A stretch of 62,601 bases of DNA, the filler included. It is 12 parts of 12 records of this genome, joined end to end, with 100 filler letters (N's around TTAATTAATTAA, not from the genome) between each part and the next. Parts side by side here need not be neighbours in the genome. Positions count along the whole stretch, not along the records: positions 59,073 to 62,601 come from SRR7504441_15860; 11 more parts are not named here. One strand, given 5' to 3'. The notes under the pieces are model-generated. The model was not told where the DNA came from. It saw nothing but the letters and a program-made list of their open reading frames with translations, and made no database searches. A program made the position numbers and the translations under genes. Numbering within the stretch: the first letter of the stretch is position 1; every line of letters begins with the position of its first letter. This document shows, in pieces, positions 61,224 to 62,601 of the stretch.

Positions 61224-62522
61224 ATGACCGGAATGCGGACAATTGGGCTCGTGGTGCTGATCATGACGCTCTCTGCGCGCGCACAGGCGCCCGGCCGGGG
61301 GATCTCCAAGACCACCATGGCCTGCAACGACCCGATCCCGGGCAAGGAGTGGATTGAAAAGTACTTCCCTGTCGCCACCCCCGGCGACGAATGCGCCAAC
61401 GACGTGTGCTACTGCACCGGGTGGGAGATCCAGCAGGGCCGGGTGTACGCCAAGACCTCCACCGAGGTGCCGGCCGGCAACGGATTCGGGATGCATCTGG
61501 TCAACGTCAGCAAGTCGGTCACCACCGGGGGAATGAGCGTTGCGGAGGTGGAGGCTCAGTTCACGAGCAAGCTTGGGGACATGTCGAGCTTCGACTCGTT
61601 CATGGACTACAACGCCATGTTCTACACCACTGGGCTCGCCGCCTACCAGACCCAGTTCAAAGCGGACGGTGTGAGTCACTACACATGCACCTGGAGCTAC
61701 AGCGGCAAGACCTGGACCTCGCTGTTTGTTCACGTGCCAAACAGCCAGCTGGTGATCGAGCTGGCCCAGGACACGGCGCTCGAGGGCAACCACCCGCACC
61801 TGGCCCACCCCAGGGCTTCGCCGGCTGCGATTGAGAGGGCTCTTGCCTCTGTAACGCCGATTGAGCCGTCCGTCCAGTGCGCCTATGGCGTGACCCCAGA
61901 GTGCCCCGCCGGTACCCACTGCGTCAGCGGCGTGTGCGTGGCCAACGCGCTGTCGAGCGTGGGGGCGATTATCAGTCCGTTGGCGGTGAACCGAGCCGTG
62001 TCCGAAGAGACAATGGCCAACGTCGAAGAGTTTTATGTGACAGGGATGGGCACGACCATGGTGGTCAACTCGACTGGCGGAGGCAAGTCGCCCGATTTCA
62101 AGCAGTACAAGTGCTTCCTCTGGCCCGGGGCCTCCGTGGATCTCTGCTACTATTCGCGGGACGAGAGTGCGACCAAGGGATCTTTCAAGGTGGCCGACTT
62201 TGAGAAGATGCTCAACACAGTCCACGCCAACATCATCAGTAAGTTCCCGTACTGCTCGCGCGACAAGTGGACCGACAATCACTACGCTATTGACTCGTTC
62301 TCAGCGGACACCTCCTCGATTGTCAAGTACATTGATGCGAACAATGTCCCGGTCTACTGCGAGGGGACATCTCCGCACTATGCGATTGATCCGACAGGCT
62401 GGGGAATCCAAATGGACCTCCGGTTCCAGACCAGCCCTCAGGCGTGCAGCGGGGGGCAGCCGGTTGGGCGGCGGCTGCTTCAGCACACCAATCCGGCGTG
62501 CAGTGATGGCACTTGCTCTTAG
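61224..62522 (+). CDS. Secreted Cys-rich protein of unknown function; intronless
   Basis: Signal peptide RTIGLVVLIMTLSARAQA, strong C/G-ending codon bias, many Cys, C-terminal GRRLLQ motif. Confidence 0.75.
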   Translation: MTGMRTIGLVVLIMTLSARAQAPGRGISKTTMACNDPIPGKEWIEKYFPVATPGDECANDVCYCTGWEIQQGRVYAKTSTEVPAGNGFGMHLVNVSKSVTTGGMSVAEVEAQFTSKLGDMSSFDSFMDYNAMFYTTGLAAYQTQFKADGVSHYTCTWSYSGKTWTSLFVHVPNSQLVIELAQDTALEGNHPHLAHPRASPAAIERALASVTPIEPSVQCAYGVTPECPAGTHCVSGVCVANALSSVGAIISPLAVNRAVSEETMANVEEFYVTGMGTTMVVNSTGGGKSPDFKQYKCFLWPGASVDLCYYSRDESATKGSFKVADFEKMLNTVHANIISKFPYCSRDKWTDNHYAIDSFSADTSSIVKYIDANNVPVYCEGTSPHYAIDPTGWGIQMDLRFQTSPQACSGGQPVGRRLLQHTNPACSDGTCS

Positions 62523-62601
62523 TGCAGTTGCATGAGGAGGCCGTGTCTTTCAAGATTGGTGATGATGTAATTGCAAGAGCAAGTGGCTAGCATTACGCAA
62601 A

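Overview
Eukaryotic genomic DNA from a GC-rich, probably flagellated protist. H+-PPase and MLO-like genes argue against an animal or fungus; I cannot identify the lineage. The window is not contiguous: it is 12 small contigs joined by 11 artificial 100-nt spacers (N-TTAATTAATTAA-N), so gene order across spacers means nothing. Genes are densely packed, often head-to-head, and split by very short (about 37-55 nt) spliceosomal introns, an unusually large share of which are GC-AG. Recognisable genes: NOC2, ABCE1/RLI1, SYF1/XAB2, a kinesin, an ATRX/RAD54L2-type SNF2 helicase fused to a J-domain, a CobW GTPase, a sulfatase, ALDH3, CDC48/VCP, an MLO-like protein, an acyl-CoA dehydrogenase, a K+-dependent H+-PPase, and several ankyrin, EF-hand and secreted proteins. 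The most striking locus is an intron-containing NRPS (34270-39640) with C-A-PCP followed by the triple transmembrane/beta-helix terminal module of epsilon-poly-L-lysine-synthetase (Pls)-type polymerases. Its A domain lacks the canonical alpha-amino-binding Asp, so it is a candidate undescribed membrane-bound polymer/peptide synthetase in a protist. Also notable: a spliced fusion of two bacterial-looking domains, a recurrent intergenic TACGAGTA/GTAC motif, two stem-loops and a possibly permuted PDZ domain. All exon and domain calls were made by eye, without database searches.
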